Shown one piece after another: positions 27,019-35,861 of a stretch of 39,910 bases of DNA. Under the pieces are notes generated by a model. It was not told where the DNA came from. It was given only the letters and a program-made list of their open reading frames with translations, and ran no database searches. The stretch lies in the IMG/VR virus record IMGVR_UViG_3300037461_000170, positions 1 to 39,910 of that record; one strand, given 5' to 3'. This DNA is from a virus (Duplodnaviria; Caudoviricetes). Made by a program: the position numbers and the translations under genes. The number at the start of each line of letters is the position of its first letter. Within the stretch, counting starts at the first letter, position 1.

Positions 27019-27813
27019 ATGAGTTTCCAGTTCATGGCCCTGTATACAGGCGACTATCTGCGCGATACGCGGCACTTAACGCCGCTCAAGCACGGCATCT
27101 ATCTTCTGCTCCTGATGCACTGTTGGGACCAGAAGGGACCGCTCCCGCTAGACGAGCAGGAGTGCGCCGGCATCGCTAACTGCCGCTCCGCTGACGAGGT
27201 TGACGCGCTGCGATACATCATCGGGCGGTTCTTCGTTCGCATGGAGGACGGGCACTACAACAAGCGTATGCAGCTTGAGGTAGAGCGTGCGGAGGCGGTC
27301 AGCCGGGAGCGTTCTGAGGCCGGGCGAAAGGGCTACGAAGCCCGTGCGAAGCGTCTTACAAGCAAGAGTAAATCACTTGCCAAGCAAGTGTTAAGCAATT
27401 GCCAAGCAAGTGCATCTACCCCTACCCCTACCCCTACCCCTACCCCTACCCCTACCCCTACCCCCAAAGAAGAAAACACTTTTGTCGGGATAAATCCCGA
27501 CCCCCCCGTTCGATCAGGGACGAAAGACGAAAAACGGCAAGCAGCGAAGCGCGTGCTGGACTGCCTGAACAAGAACGCGGGGCGGCGCTATGAGCCTGTA
27601 GACGCCAACATCAACCCGATCCTTGCACGACTGCGTGAGGGGTATTCAGAGGCCGAGCTACGCGCCATTGCTGCGGTCAAGGCTCGGCAGTGGGCTGCAG
27701 ACGAACGGATGGCGGTCTACATCAGGCCAAAGACGCTCTACAACGCGACGAACGCGGCGCAGTACCGGGCCGAGTTACCCATGAACGCCATGCCGGAGGA
27801 TGGGAATGATTGA
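27019..27813 (+). CDS. Replication initiator-like protein (DUF1376/YdaU N-terminus plus conserved phage C-terminal domain)
   Basis: LYTGDYLRDTRHLT...HGIYLLLLMHCW; C-terminal ARLREGYS...YIRPKTLYN; iterons in the linker. Confidence 0.8.
   Translation: MSFQFMALYTGDYLRDTRHLTPLKHGIYLLLLMHCWDQKGPLPLDEQECAGIANCRSADEVDALRYIIGRFFVRMEDGHYNKRMQLEVERAEAVSRERSEAGRKGYEARAKRLTSKSKSLAKQVLSNCQASASTPTPTPTPTPTPTPTPKEENTFVGINPDPPVRSGTKDEKRQAAKRVLDCLNKNAGRRYEPVDANINPILARLREGYSEAELRAIAAVKARQWAADERMAVYIRPKTLYNATNAAQYRAELPMNAMPEDGND
27360..27412. other. Putative replication-origin iterons within the rep gene
   Basis: AAGCAA at 27360, 27382, 27393 and 27404 (11-bp register); GCCAAGCAAGTG twice; inverted pair CACTTGC/GCAAGTG. 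Confidence 0.65.
27416..27463. repeat. (CTACCC)8 tandem repeat encoding a Thr-Pro linker
   Basis: Eight perfect units. Confidence 0.95.
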
Positions 27814-28195
27814 CTGTCCGAAGTGTGGTGCTCACGTCGATGGCCCGTGGTGCAAAGTCTGTGGGGAGGGGAAAGGAGCTGCGGTCAAGTCCATTGCCGA
27901 CCCTATGCGCTACCTCTGCCATTACGAGGATCGTGGGCAGCGATGCGCGAACCTCGGCACATTCTCACCGAACATCTTTGGAGACCCGAAGGGCGGGCCG
28001 CATCCGGGGCCGTGGTACTGCCCGCAGCATGTCCCCGGTAGCGCCGACCCTGCCGACACAAAGCGGACGCCGGAGGGGGCTCGCAAGTTGGCTGCCATGC
28101 TGGAGTTCTTGCGGCCGAGCGGAGCCGACCTAGAGGCGATTGAGGAACGCAAGGCTATCCAACACGAGGGGAATAGCAATGCCGCAAATCCCTGA
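27806..28195 (+). CDS. Zn-finger-like hypothetical protein
   Basis: GGAGG RBS; CPKC, CKVC and WYCPQH motifs. Confidence 0.55.
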   Translation: MIDCPKCGAHVDGPWCKVCGEGKGAAVKSIADPMRYLCHYEDRGQRCANLGTFSPNIFGDPKGGPHPGPWYCPQHVPGSADPADTKRTPEGARKLAAMLEFLRPSGADLEAIEERKAIQHEGNSNAANP

Positions 28196-28478
28196 CTTGC
28201 CGTACTTGGCCGCGCAGATGCACTCGCAGCCGTCGATCGCCGCTGCCGAGGCTGCGCTGCCGAATGCCGGCACCCTGCGTCGACGGGTCTATGACCAGCT
28301 ACGCCAGTGGCACGCGACCGGGGGCACGGACGAGGACTTGCAGATCGGCCTCGGCATGGATCCGAGCACGCAGCGACCGCGCCGGATTGAGCTCGTCAAC
28401 GCGGGGCTGGTGCGGGACAGTGGACGGACGCGCAAGACCCGGAGCGGGCGCAGGGCGACGGTGTGGGTGGCGGTATGA
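28179..28478 (+). CDS. Winged-helix DNA-binding protein
   Basis: GTDEDL...STQRPRRIELVNAGLVRDSG...TRSGRRATVW. Confidence 0.7.
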   Translation: MPQIPDLPYLAAQMHSQPSIAAAEAALPNAGTLRRRVYDQLRQWHATGGTDEDLQIGLGMDPSTQRPRRIELVNAGLVRDSGRTRKTRSGRRATVWVAV

Positions 28479-28582
28479 TGGTCCCCACCTGGAAGCGCAT
28501 GGGCGTGGCCGTGCTCGCCTTCGTGCTGTCGATCGTCGTCGCCGGCACCGTCGGCTACCTGCTCGCGGGGTGGCTGCCGTGA
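28475..28582 (+). CDS. 35-aa single-TM peptide (not in ORF track)
   Basis: MMVPTWKRMGVAVLAFVLSIVVAGTVGYLLAGWLP; coupled by ATGA at the start and GTGA at the end. Confidence 0.5.
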   Translation: MMVPTWKRMGVAVLAFVLSIVVAGTVGYLLAGWLP

Positions 28583-29007
28583 CCGCATCGCAGCGCCGCA
28601 AGGGGGCCGGGGGTGAGCGGGAGGTGTGCGCCCTGCTCCACGGGGAGTTCGGCGTTACCGTCGGCCGTGAACTAGGGCAGGCGCGGGATGGTGGCTGTGA
28701 CATCCGGGTGCGCCCCTACGCCATCGAGGTGAAGCGCCGTCTCCGCATCACCGGCCTCTACCAGTGGATGTTCCAGGCCGAGGTGGCCGCTGCGTCGAAC
28801 GAGACGCCCGTGGTCATGTGCCGGCAAGACGGGGGCGACTGGCTCGTGGTCATGCACTTCGAGGACTGGGCACGGCTGGCACGGGAGGAAATCGCATGCG
28901 GTGGGAACGACTCTCGGACTACGCTATCCGCTCCGGCGACTGGTGGATCGCCAAGTTCTGCCTCGGCGACCGATGCCGATTTACCGTCTACCACGACCGC
29001 GCCCTAG
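28579..29007 (+). CDS. Holliday junction resolvase-like PD-(D/E)xK nuclease
   Basis: SQRRKGAGGEREV, GGCDI, AIEVKR and PVVMCRQDGGDWLVVM motifs. Confidence 0.8.
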   Translation: MTASQRRKGAGGEREVCALLHGEFGVTVGRELGQARDGGCDIRVRPYAIEVKRRLRITGLYQWMFQAEVAAASNETPVVMCRQDGGDWLVVMHFEDWARLAREEIACGGNDSRTTLSAPATGGSPSSASATDADLPSTTTAP

Positions 29008-29087
29008 TCGGCGTGTTCGACAACCCCAAGGACGCCAAGGCATGCGCGACTGGTCCGAAGCCCTCCTATCCGCACAAACCCGCCTAA
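28896..29087 (+). CDS. Small hypothetical protein
   Basis: GGAGG RBS; MRWERLSDYAIRSGDWWIAK...GVFDNPKDAKA. Confidence 0.55.
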   Translation: MRWERLSDYAIRSGDWWIAKFCLGDRCRFTVYHDRALVGVFDNPKDAKACATGPKPSYPHKPA

Positions 29088-29230
29088 AAGCCGCTCAGAA
29101 GGCCCTGACGCTCGTCAACGTAGGTGGAGGGCAGGGACACGACCTGCGCCGCGCAGACGAGGCGGAAACCCTGCTGCTGTACGCAATCGAGGATGTCCGT
29201 GATGCGATAGCCTGGGCGAGGTCGCGTTGA
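29042..29230 (+). CDS. Small hypothetical protein
   Basis: MRDWSEALL...; its stop overlaps the TTG start of the next gene. Confidence 0.45.
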   Translation: MRDWSEALLSAQTRLKAAQKALTLVNVGGGQGHDLRRADEAETLLLYAIEDVRDAIAWARSR

Positions 29231-29619
29231 GCCTGTCCCACCTGCGCGACCGGCTCCACAACTGGTCGAGATGGTGCCGGCAGGATGAGGCATCTGTCCG
29301 TTCCTGCATCGCCGGATTCTGGGCGCGTTGGATCCCCAGCAAGGGCTGGATGGCCGAGTGGGGCGATCCCGACGCCGTGCCCGAGCACGACGAGCACGCC
29401 ATCGACGCCGAGGACGCGGAGCGCATCGACGCCTTCGTGCGCCAGCTGTGCATGGGCCACCGCAGCAGCCTCATCCGCCGCTACGTCCACGGCCACCGCC
29501 CGCAGACGCCCTACGAGCGCGACAACCTGCGTCAGGCCATCGACGCCCTGGCCGACCTGATGGGCGAATCCACCCGCACCGTGCGCCACCTCCGCATCCT
29601 CGTCCGAGGCAGAACATGA
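29227..29619 (+). CDS. Late-gene regulator, antiterminator Q-like
   Basis: RLHNWSRWC, DAERIDAFVRQL and LIRRYV motifs; position upstream of the late genes. Confidence 0.6.
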   Translation: MSLSHLRDRLHNWSRWCRQDEASVRSCIAGFWARWIPSKGWMAEWGDPDAVPEHDEHAIDAEDAERIDAFVRQLCMGHRSSLIRRYVHGHRPQTPYERDNLRQAIDALADLMGESTRTVRHLRILVRGRT

Positions 29620-30065
29620 CCGGCCGCGCCCGCATCTACGACCGAACGCGCATCCAGCACGTCTGGGAACTGCTCCAGGCCAGGCCGGCCACCTGCATCA
29701 CCGTGTGGCTGCACCTGCGGCAACTGGAGTCCTGCACCCACACCGCCGTGGACAAGACGCTGCGCGACATGGTGCGCAAACGCTACCTCACCCGCACCCT
29801 CGTCCCCGCCGATCGCGGCCAGCGCCAATACCTCTATGCCGCCCACGGCAACGAGCCCCCCACCGACGGCCGCGTCACCAAGATCCCCGCCGCCGTCGCC
29901 GCCTCCGTCAAGGCCCGCAAAGACCGCGTTTCTGCTCGCATAGCCCCCGTTGACCCTGACGACGACGCGGACGACAATTGGGGTAGGGGCCGGTGCGCCA
30001 AGAGAACAGGCACACCAGATGAATTGCCGGGAATCCCCTCCCTGGCCGACCTTCTCGCCCGCTGA
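29616..30065 (+). CDS. Winged-helix-like hypothetical protein
   Basis: ATGA-coupled; AVDKTLRDMVRKRYLTR...YLY. Confidence 0.5.
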   Translation: MTGRARIYDRTRIQHVWELLQARPATCITVWLHLRQLESCTHTAVDKTLRDMVRKRYLTRTLVPADRGQRQYLYAAHGNEPPTDGRVTKIPAAVAASVKARKDRVSARIAPVDPDDDADDNWGRGRCAKRTGTPDELPGIPSLADLLAR

Positions 30066-30082
30066 TGCGGGCGTTTTCATTT
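30056..30082 (+). terminator. Rho-independent terminator between early-right and late genes
   Basis: CGCCCGC-tgat-GCGGGCG followed by TTTTCATTT. Confidence 0.7.
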
Positions 30083-30102
30083 CCAGACTACGGCGCCGGG
30101 AC

Positions 30103-30303
30103 ATGGCTCTAACCCTTGCGGAATTTATCGAACAGATGAACGCAGCTTTGCCACGCATCCCGCGCCACCCATCCCGTGGCATGCCCCAGTCCTCACGCTG
30201 GGACGGCCACAACTGCCACTGCGTCATCGACCTGGAGCCCAAGGAGATCGACCATGAAGCCTGCCCGAGCACCCTCCACGCCCAAGTCCCCGACGAAGCG
30301 TAA
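30103..30303 (+). CDS. Small hypothetical protein with HNCHC motif
   Basis: 66-aa ORF; weak RBS. Confidence 0.35.
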   Translation: MALTLAEFIEQMNAALPRIPRHPSRGMPQSSRWDGHNCHCVIDLEPKEIDHEACPSTLHAQVPDEA

Positions 30304-30350
30304 GCGGCCCTGTTAGTATTCGGCAATTCAAACGGTTGTATTAATTTACA

Positions 30351-30644
30351 ATGGCAGCGCCTACCGGCAACCTGAACTCGGCACGAGGCCGCGAGTGGAC
30401 CTCCGCGTTGCGCCGCGCCATGGCTCACCGGGCAGACGGTGACTACCGCGAAACCCTGCTCAAGATCGCCAATAGCGTGATCGACAAGGCGCTGGAGGGC
30501 GACAAGGACGCTTGGCGGGAGATCGCCGAGCGCGAGGACGGCAAGGCATCGCAAGCCCTGACCCTGGCCGGGGACGAGAACGGCGCCCCCGTTCGCATAG
30601 GCGTCGATGTCGCGTTCGTCAGTAAGCCTCCCAGCAGCGTTTAG
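30351..30644 (+). CDS. terS: Terminase small subunit
   Basis: MAAPTGNLN...KALEGD...EIAEREDGK...LAGDENGAP; directly upstream of terL. Confidence 0.75.
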   Translation: MAAPTGNLNSARGREWTSALRRAMAHRADGDYRETLLKIANSVIDKALEGDKDAWREIAEREDGKASQALTLAGDENGAPVRIGVDVAFVSKPPSSV

Positions 30645-31860
30645 CTTCCTCTGGGACACGCAGGCCGACGATGGCCTGCCGGTGCGCTACCGCGCCGTCC
30701 ACGGAGGACGCGGGTCCGCCAAGTCGCACAGCTTCGCCCAGGCGCTCGTGCTGAAGGCGGCGGAGCGCCCGCTGCGCATCGGCTGCTACCGCGAGATTCA
30801 GCGCAGCATCCGCGATTCGGTCAAGCGACTGCTCGACGACAAGATCCGCGACAGCGGCCTGTCGGCGTTCTTCACCTCCACCGACACCGAGATCCGGGGT
30901 GCGAACGGCAGCCTGTTCGTGTTCGCCGGCCTGCGCACCAATCCCGATGCTGTGAAGTCCACCGAGGGCCTGGACATCGCGGCGGTGTTCGAGGCCAACC
31001 GCGTCAGCCAGCGCTCGTGGGAACTGCTGATCCCGACGGTGCGCAAGGAAGGCAGCGAGATCTGGGCCGAGTGGAACCCGGAAGCGCCGACGGACCCCGT
31101 TGACCAGCTGTTCCGCAACGCGGACAAGGGGCCGCCGCCGGGGTCGATCATCCGGCAGGTGAACTGGGAGCAGAACCCGTTCTTCCCGTCCGTGCTGATG
31201 CAGGAACTTGAGTGGGACCGCAAGCACGACATCGACAAGTACCTGCACATCTGGGCGGGCGGCTATGTCACGCACTCCGAAGCGCGGGTGTTCAAGAACT
31301 GGACGGTGGAGGAGTTTGAAAGGCCCGCTGGGACGGTCTATCGCATGGGCGCGGATTGGGGCTACGCGATCGACCCGTCGGTGCTGGTGCGCTGCTCGAT
31401 CGACGGCAAGCGCCTCTACATCGACCACGAAGCCTACCTCGTAGGCTGCGAGATCGACCAACTGCCCGACCTGTTCGACCGGGTGCCGGAGTCGCGCAAG
31501 TGGTTCATTACCGCCGACAGCGCGCGGCCGGAGACGATCAGCTACATGCGCAAGCATGGCTACCCGAAGATGAACGAAGCGGTGAAGGGCGCCAAGTCCG
31601 TCGAGGAAGGGGTCGCGTTTCTGCAATCGTTCGACATCGTCGTGCATCCTCGTTGTACGCACACGATCGACGAACTGACGATGTATCGCTACAAGCGGGA
31701 TCCGCTCACCGATCAGGTGTTGCCGGTGCTTGAGGATCAGAACAACCACGTCATCGACGCGCTGCGGTATGCGTGCGAGGGCGCGCGTAAGGCGCTGCGG
31801 CCGAAGTCGGACGCGCCGAAGGTTAACTTTGTCGGAGGCGATGCATGGATGGGAATGTGA
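30607..31860 (+). CDS. terL: Terminase large subunit (PBSX/Terminase_3 family)
   Basis: Walker A GGRGSAKS, CYREIQRSI, Walker B-like AVFEAN, nuclease GADWG and NHVIDALRY. Confidence 0.95.
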   Translation: MSRSSVSLPAAFSFLWDTQADDGLPVRYRAVHGGRGSAKSHSFAQALVLKAAERPLRIGCYREIQRSIRDSVKRLLDDKIRDSGLSAFFTSTDTEIRGANGSLFVFAGLRTNPDAVKSTEGLDIAAVFEANRVSQRSWELLIPTVRKEGSEIWAEWNPEAPTDPVDQLFRNADKGPPPGSIIRQVNWEQNPFFPSVLMQELEWDRKHDIDKYLHIWAGGYVTHSEARVFKNWTVEEFERPAGTVYRMGADWGYAIDPSVLVRCSIDGKRLYIDHEAYLVGCEIDQLPDLFDRVPESRKWFITADSARPETISYMRKHGYPKMNEAVKGAKSVEEGVAFLQSFDIVVHPRCTHTIDELTMYRYKRDPLTDQVLPVLEDQNNHVIDALRYACEGARKALRPKSDAPKVNFVGGDAWMGM

Positions 31861-33998
31861 AAGCGCCGGCAAAGAGCAAGGGCGATGACGCGATCCTCGA
31901 GGAAGCGCGCGAACGCTTCAAGCTCGCCAAGGATGCGGACGCCGAGAACCGCACCGCCGCGCTCGATGACATCCAGTTCGCCTGGAACCTGAACGACGCG
32001 CAGTGGCCCGACTCCGCAAAGAAGTCGCGCGCCGGGCGTCCGCGCCTGACCGAGAACCGGCTGCCGCAGTTCATTCGGCAGGTGGTGAACGCGCAGCGCA
32101 TGAACCGTCCCAGCATCACGGTCGCGCCGGTCGATAGCCAGGGCGATCCCGAGGTGGCCGAGGTGTACGAGGGCATGATTCGGCACATCGAGCAGGTATC
32201 GAAGGCCGACCTTGCCTACGACTCCAGCTTCGAGGCGGCGGTGACTGGCGGAATCGGCTACTTCCGCGTCACCACGCGCTACGTTCCCGGCGAGGGCGGG
32301 AATCAGGAACTCGCCATCCTGCCGATCGACAACGCGTTCAGCGTTTACGACGACCCGTACTACCAACTGCCGGATGCCAGCGACCGCTCATGGTGCTTCG
32401 TTACCGAGTGGGTCGATCGCAAGGAGTTTCCCGCGCGCTACGGCAGCGACCCGTCGCCGTGGGAGGAAGGTGGCACGGGCGACCAGGATCAGGACTGGGC
32501 CGACGAGAAGCGCGTCCAGGTGGCCGAGTACTGGCGCACGAACGGGGATGCCATCGAGCAATTCGTGCTGACCTGCGACCGCATCCTGTCGCGCTCGCAG
32601 TGGGCGGGCACGAAACTGCCGATCATCCCGGTGCTCGGCGAGGTCAAGAACATCGAGGGCAAGCGCTGGCGCAAGAGCCTGATCCGCGATACCAAGGATC
32701 TGTGCAGGGTCAATAACTACTACCTGTCGGCCGAGGTCGAGGCCGTTGCCTTGCAGCCGCGCACGCCATTCATTGGCCCGACGGGCGCATTCGAGACCGA
32801 TGCGGCGAAGTGGGCGACGGCGAATGTCGCCAACCACGCATACATCCAGTACGACCCGGTCGAAGGCGCGATGCAGCCGCAGCGCACCGAACCGCCGACG
32901 TTCCCCGCTGCATTCCGCGAGACGCGCCTCGGCGCCATCGAGGGCATCAAGGCGGTCATGGGCATCTATGACGCGAGCCTGGGTGCGCGCAGCAACGAGA
33001 CCAGCGGCGTAGCGATCGAGGCACGGGCGCAGCAGGGCGATCTGGCGACGTATCACTACCTGGACAACATGACGCGCGCGATTCGGTACGCGGGCGAAGT
33101 GCTGATCGAGTTGATCCCGAAGATCTACGATGCGCCACGCGTGGTGCGGATCATCGCCCCGGATGGAGAAGCCGCGATGGTGGCGGTCAATCAGGTGTTC
33201 GTCGATCCGCGCACGATGCAGGATCGCAACCTGAACCTTGCCAGCGGGCGCTATGACGTGGTGGTCAAGGCCGGCCCGTCCTACCAGACGCAGCGGCAGG
33301 AAGCGAGCACCAAGATTGCCGAACTGGTGAAGGGCTACCCGCCGCTGGCGCAGATTGCCGGCGATCTCCTGTTCCGCAATCTCGATATCCCCGACGCCGA
33401 CAAGATCGCGGACCGGATGAAGCCGCAGAACGAACTCCCGCCGCAGGTGCAGCAGCAGATGCAGCAAATGCAGCAGATGATGGAGCAGGGCAAGCAGTAC
33501 ATCGCGGACCTGGAAGCCAAACTGCAAAAGGCCGAGATGACCAGCGCGGGCAAGGATCTGGACAAGAAGAAGGTGGAACTCGAACTCCAGGCCAAGAAGG
33601 CGCAAGACGAACTGATGTCGGGCGATACGACGGGCGAGGAATTGCTGCGGCTGCGCACCGACAACGCCACGCTGAAGATCCAGAACCAGATGGCGAAGCT
33701 GGAGAAGATGGCGCTCGAACTCGGCATGCGCGAGACGCGCATCAGCGAGAGCGAGCAGCAGATGGGACTTGGACCGGCGGAACCGATCCAGGCGCCGGAT
33801 GTGTCGATCGACGATGGCCCCGACGAGAAGACCATGCTGCGCATGATTGCCGAGATGATGCAGCAGATGCAGGCGCATATGGTAGCGCCGAGGAAGATCG
33901 TGCGCGGGCCGGATGGCAAGGCGGCCGGGGTGGACATCGGGGGCATGATGCGAGTGATTGAACGCGACGCCGAAGGGCGTGCGGTGGGGCTGCACTGA
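31845..33998 (+). CDS. Portal protein, P22-like
   Basis: 717 aa; RPRLTENRL, NETSGVAIEARAQQG and YDVVVKAGPSYQTQRQE motifs; long C-terminal coiled coil. Confidence 0.92.
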   Translation: MDGNVKAPAKSKGDDAILEEARERFKLAKDADAENRTAALDDIQFAWNLNDAQWPDSAKKSRAGRPRLTENRLPQFIRQVVNAQRMNRPSITVAPVDSQGDPEVAEVYEGMIRHIEQVSKADLAYDSSFEAAVTGGIGYFRVTTRYVPGEGGNQELAILPIDNAFSVYDDPYYQLPDASDRSWCFVTEWVDRKEFPARYGSDPSPWEEGGTGDQDQDWADEKRVQVAEYWRTNGDAIEQFVLTCDRILSRSQWAGTKLPIIPVLGEVKNIEGKRWRKSLIRDTKDLCRVNNYYLSAEVEAVALQPRTPFIGPTGAFETDAAKWATANVANHAYIQYDPVEGAMQPQRTEPPTFPAAFRETRLGAIEGIKAVMGIYDASLGARSNETSGVAIEARAQQGDLATYHYLDNMTRAIRYAGEVLIELIPKIYDAPRVVRIIAPDGEAAMVAVNQVFVDPRTMQDRNLNLASGRYDVVVKAGPSYQTQRQEASTKIAELVKGYPPLAQIAGDLLFRNLDIPDADKIADRMKPQNELPPQVQQQMQQMQQMMEQGKQYIADLEAKLQKAEMTSAGKDLDKKKVELELQAKKAQDELMSGDTTGEELLRLRTDNATLKIQNQMAKLEKMALELGMRETRISESEQQMGLGPAEPIQAPDVSIDDGPDEKTMLRMIAEMMQQMQAHMVAPRKIVRGPDGKAAGVDIGGMMRVIERDAEGRAVGLH

Positions 33999-35422
33999 TG
34001 CTGAAGCTGGGCGTGAGCGGCTTTGCGCCGTCGGTGGAGATCAAGCCGTACAACCCGGAACTGCGGAAGTATGTGCGCGCGTGGGACGAGATCCCGGCGT
34101 ACCGGGTGGTCTCACCCGGTGAGACGCTGGCGACGCGGTTCCTGCACCAGGCGCAGCCGCCGAAAGATGCGGACGCGATCGACTTCGGCTGCGGGACCGG
34201 GCGCGGCGGGCTGATGCTGGCGCTGATGGGCGGGATGCGGGTGACGCTGGTGGACTTCGCCGGCAACTGCCTCGACCCGGAAGTGGTCGAGATATGCAAG
34301 ACGCAGCCGGATCGGCTCAAGTTCATGCAGCACGACCTGACGCAGTTGCTGCCGATCAATGCCGCCTACGGGTACTGCTGCGACGTGATGGAGCACATCC
34401 CCGAGGCGGACGTGCAGAAGGTGCTCATCAACGTCCTGCACTCGGCGCGGCACTGCTTCTTCAGCATCGGCACGGAGCCGGACAACCTGGGCGCCGAGAT
34501 CGGCGAAGTGCTGCACGTCACGGTCAAGCCGGCGGCGTGGTGGAAGGAGCAGCTTGCCAAGGCGGGTGCGGTCATCCACTGGCAGGAGATGCACGAGGGC
34601 GGGGTGTCGTTCTACTGCTCGGCGTGGCGCGATGCCAAGGACGTGCTGGTGGCCGGCATCGTTAATGTCCCGCTCGACGTGCTCGAAGCGCAGACGGCGG
34701 CCAACATCCGCGCCGAGTACCGGCAAGTGCTGCCGCACCGCAAGCAGGACCGGGAAGTCATCGTGCTCTGCGGCGGGCCGTCGATGCCGGCGCACCTGGA
34801 CGAGATCAAGAAACTACGCGCCGAAGGGGCCGCGCTGGTGACGGTCAATGGGGCGTATCGGTGGGCGATCGAGCAGGGGCTGGAGCCGTCTGCGCAGATC
34901 GTGCTTGACGCGCGCGAGTTCAATGCGCGGTTCGTGGAACCTGTGACGCCGTACACGCAGTACATGATTGCGTCGCAGGCGCACCCGGCGACGTACGCCG
35001 GCCTGCCGTGGGATCGCACGTTGCAGTGGCACTGCGCGATCAGCGACGAGAACGCGGAGTTGGTGCGCGAGGTTCACGGCTGCTACTACCCCGTGATGGG
35101 CGGATCGACGGTGACGCTGCGAGCGATCCCGTTGCTGCGCATGTTGGGCTACTGGCGGATGCACCTGTTCGGGTTTGACTCCTGCATGGTGGGCGAGCAG
35201 CACCACGCCTATGCGCAGGCAGAGAACGACGGCGAACGCACGGTACCGGTGGTGTGCGGTGGCAAGACGTTCGTGTGTGCCCCGTGGCACCTGTCGCAGG
35301 CGTCGGAGTTCCAGGACATCCTTGGCATTCTCGGCAATGAGGTGGAGTTGGCGGTATACGGGGATGGATTGATCGCGGCCATGATGCAGTCGGGGGCCGA
35401 TTTCTCACAGAAGGAGCAATGA
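33998..35422 (+). CDS. Fused SAM methyltransferase + DUF115/Maf-like glycosyltransferase
   Basis: N-terminal IDFGCGTG and CCDVMEHIP; C-terminal VLCGGPS, VNGAY and GGSTVTLRAI...LGY..MHLFGFDS. Confidence 0.75.
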   Translation: MLKLGVSGFAPSVEIKPYNPELRKYVRAWDEIPAYRVVSPGETLATRFLHQAQPPKDADAIDFGCGTGRGGLMLALMGGMRVTLVDFAGNCLDPEVVEICKTQPDRLKFMQHDLTQLLPINAAYGYCCDVMEHIPEADVQKVLINVLHSARHCFFSIGTEPDNLGAEIGEVLHVTVKPAAWWKEQLAKAGAVIHWQEMHEGGVSFYCSAWRDAKDVLVAGIVNVPLDVLEAQTAANIRAEYRQVLPHRKQDREVIVLCGGPSMPAHLDEIKKLRAEGAALVTVNGAYRWAIEQGLEPSAQIVLDAREFNARFVEPVTPYTQYMIASQAHPATYAGLPWDRTLQWHCAISDENAELVREVHGCYYPVMGGSTVTLRAIPLLRMLGYWRMHLFGFDSCMVGEQHHAYAQAENDGERTVPVVCGGKTFVCAPWHLSQASEFQDILGILGNEVELAVYGDGLIAAMMQSGADFSQKEQ

Positions 35423-35423
35423 C

Positions 35424-35858
35424 ATGGCCGCATCGGCATTCAGTCTGTACAACGCCGCAAAGAAGTACATCATGAATGGGACTATCGTATTGGGCACGAC
35501 GGCGCTGAAGCTCAAGCTCTGCAATAGCGCGAGCAACGCGGCGACGCTCACCCTGTCCACGTTCGCTTCGGTGACGGGCGAGATCAGTGCTCGCGGTGGC
35601 TACGCGGCCAATGGCGATGCGCTGCAGAGCATGGAAGTGACCAGCGTGCTGTCGGCGAAATCGTACTCGTTCGACGCGGCCGATCTCGTGTTCACGGCGT
35701 CGGGTTCGTCGCTGATCAACGTCAAGTTCGCGGTGGTCGGGGTGAGCGGCGGCAAGGCGCTGTGCTACTCGAAGCTGTCCACGTCGCAGTTCACGGTCAC
35801 GAGCCCCAACACGCTGACCATCGTGTTCAGCGCCAACGGCCTGTTCGAGATGCACTAA
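35424..35858 (+). CDS. ~144-aa beta-rich fibre subunit (cassette A); paralogue of 6117..6536
   Basis: AAGGAG RBS; FDAADLVFTASG motif; collinear with the 139-aa protein. Confidence 0.65.
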   Translation: MAASAFSLYNAAKKYIMNGTIVLGTTALKLKLCNSASNAATLTLSTFASVTGEISARGGYAANGDALQSMEVTSVLSAKSYSFDAADLVFTASGSSLINVKFAVVGVSGGKALCYSKLSTSQFTVTSPNTLTIVFSANGLFEMH

Positions 35859-35861
35859 CGC

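Noticed and set aside
28896-29007. Long overlap of the resolvase tail with the next gene as a designed overlap
   Set aside because: More simply a lost ATGA stop (ATGC here) giving a low-complexity readthrough tail.
30304-30350. AT-rich patch before terS as a late promoter
   Set aside because: Suggestive, but I could not place a convincing -35/-10 pair with proper spacing.
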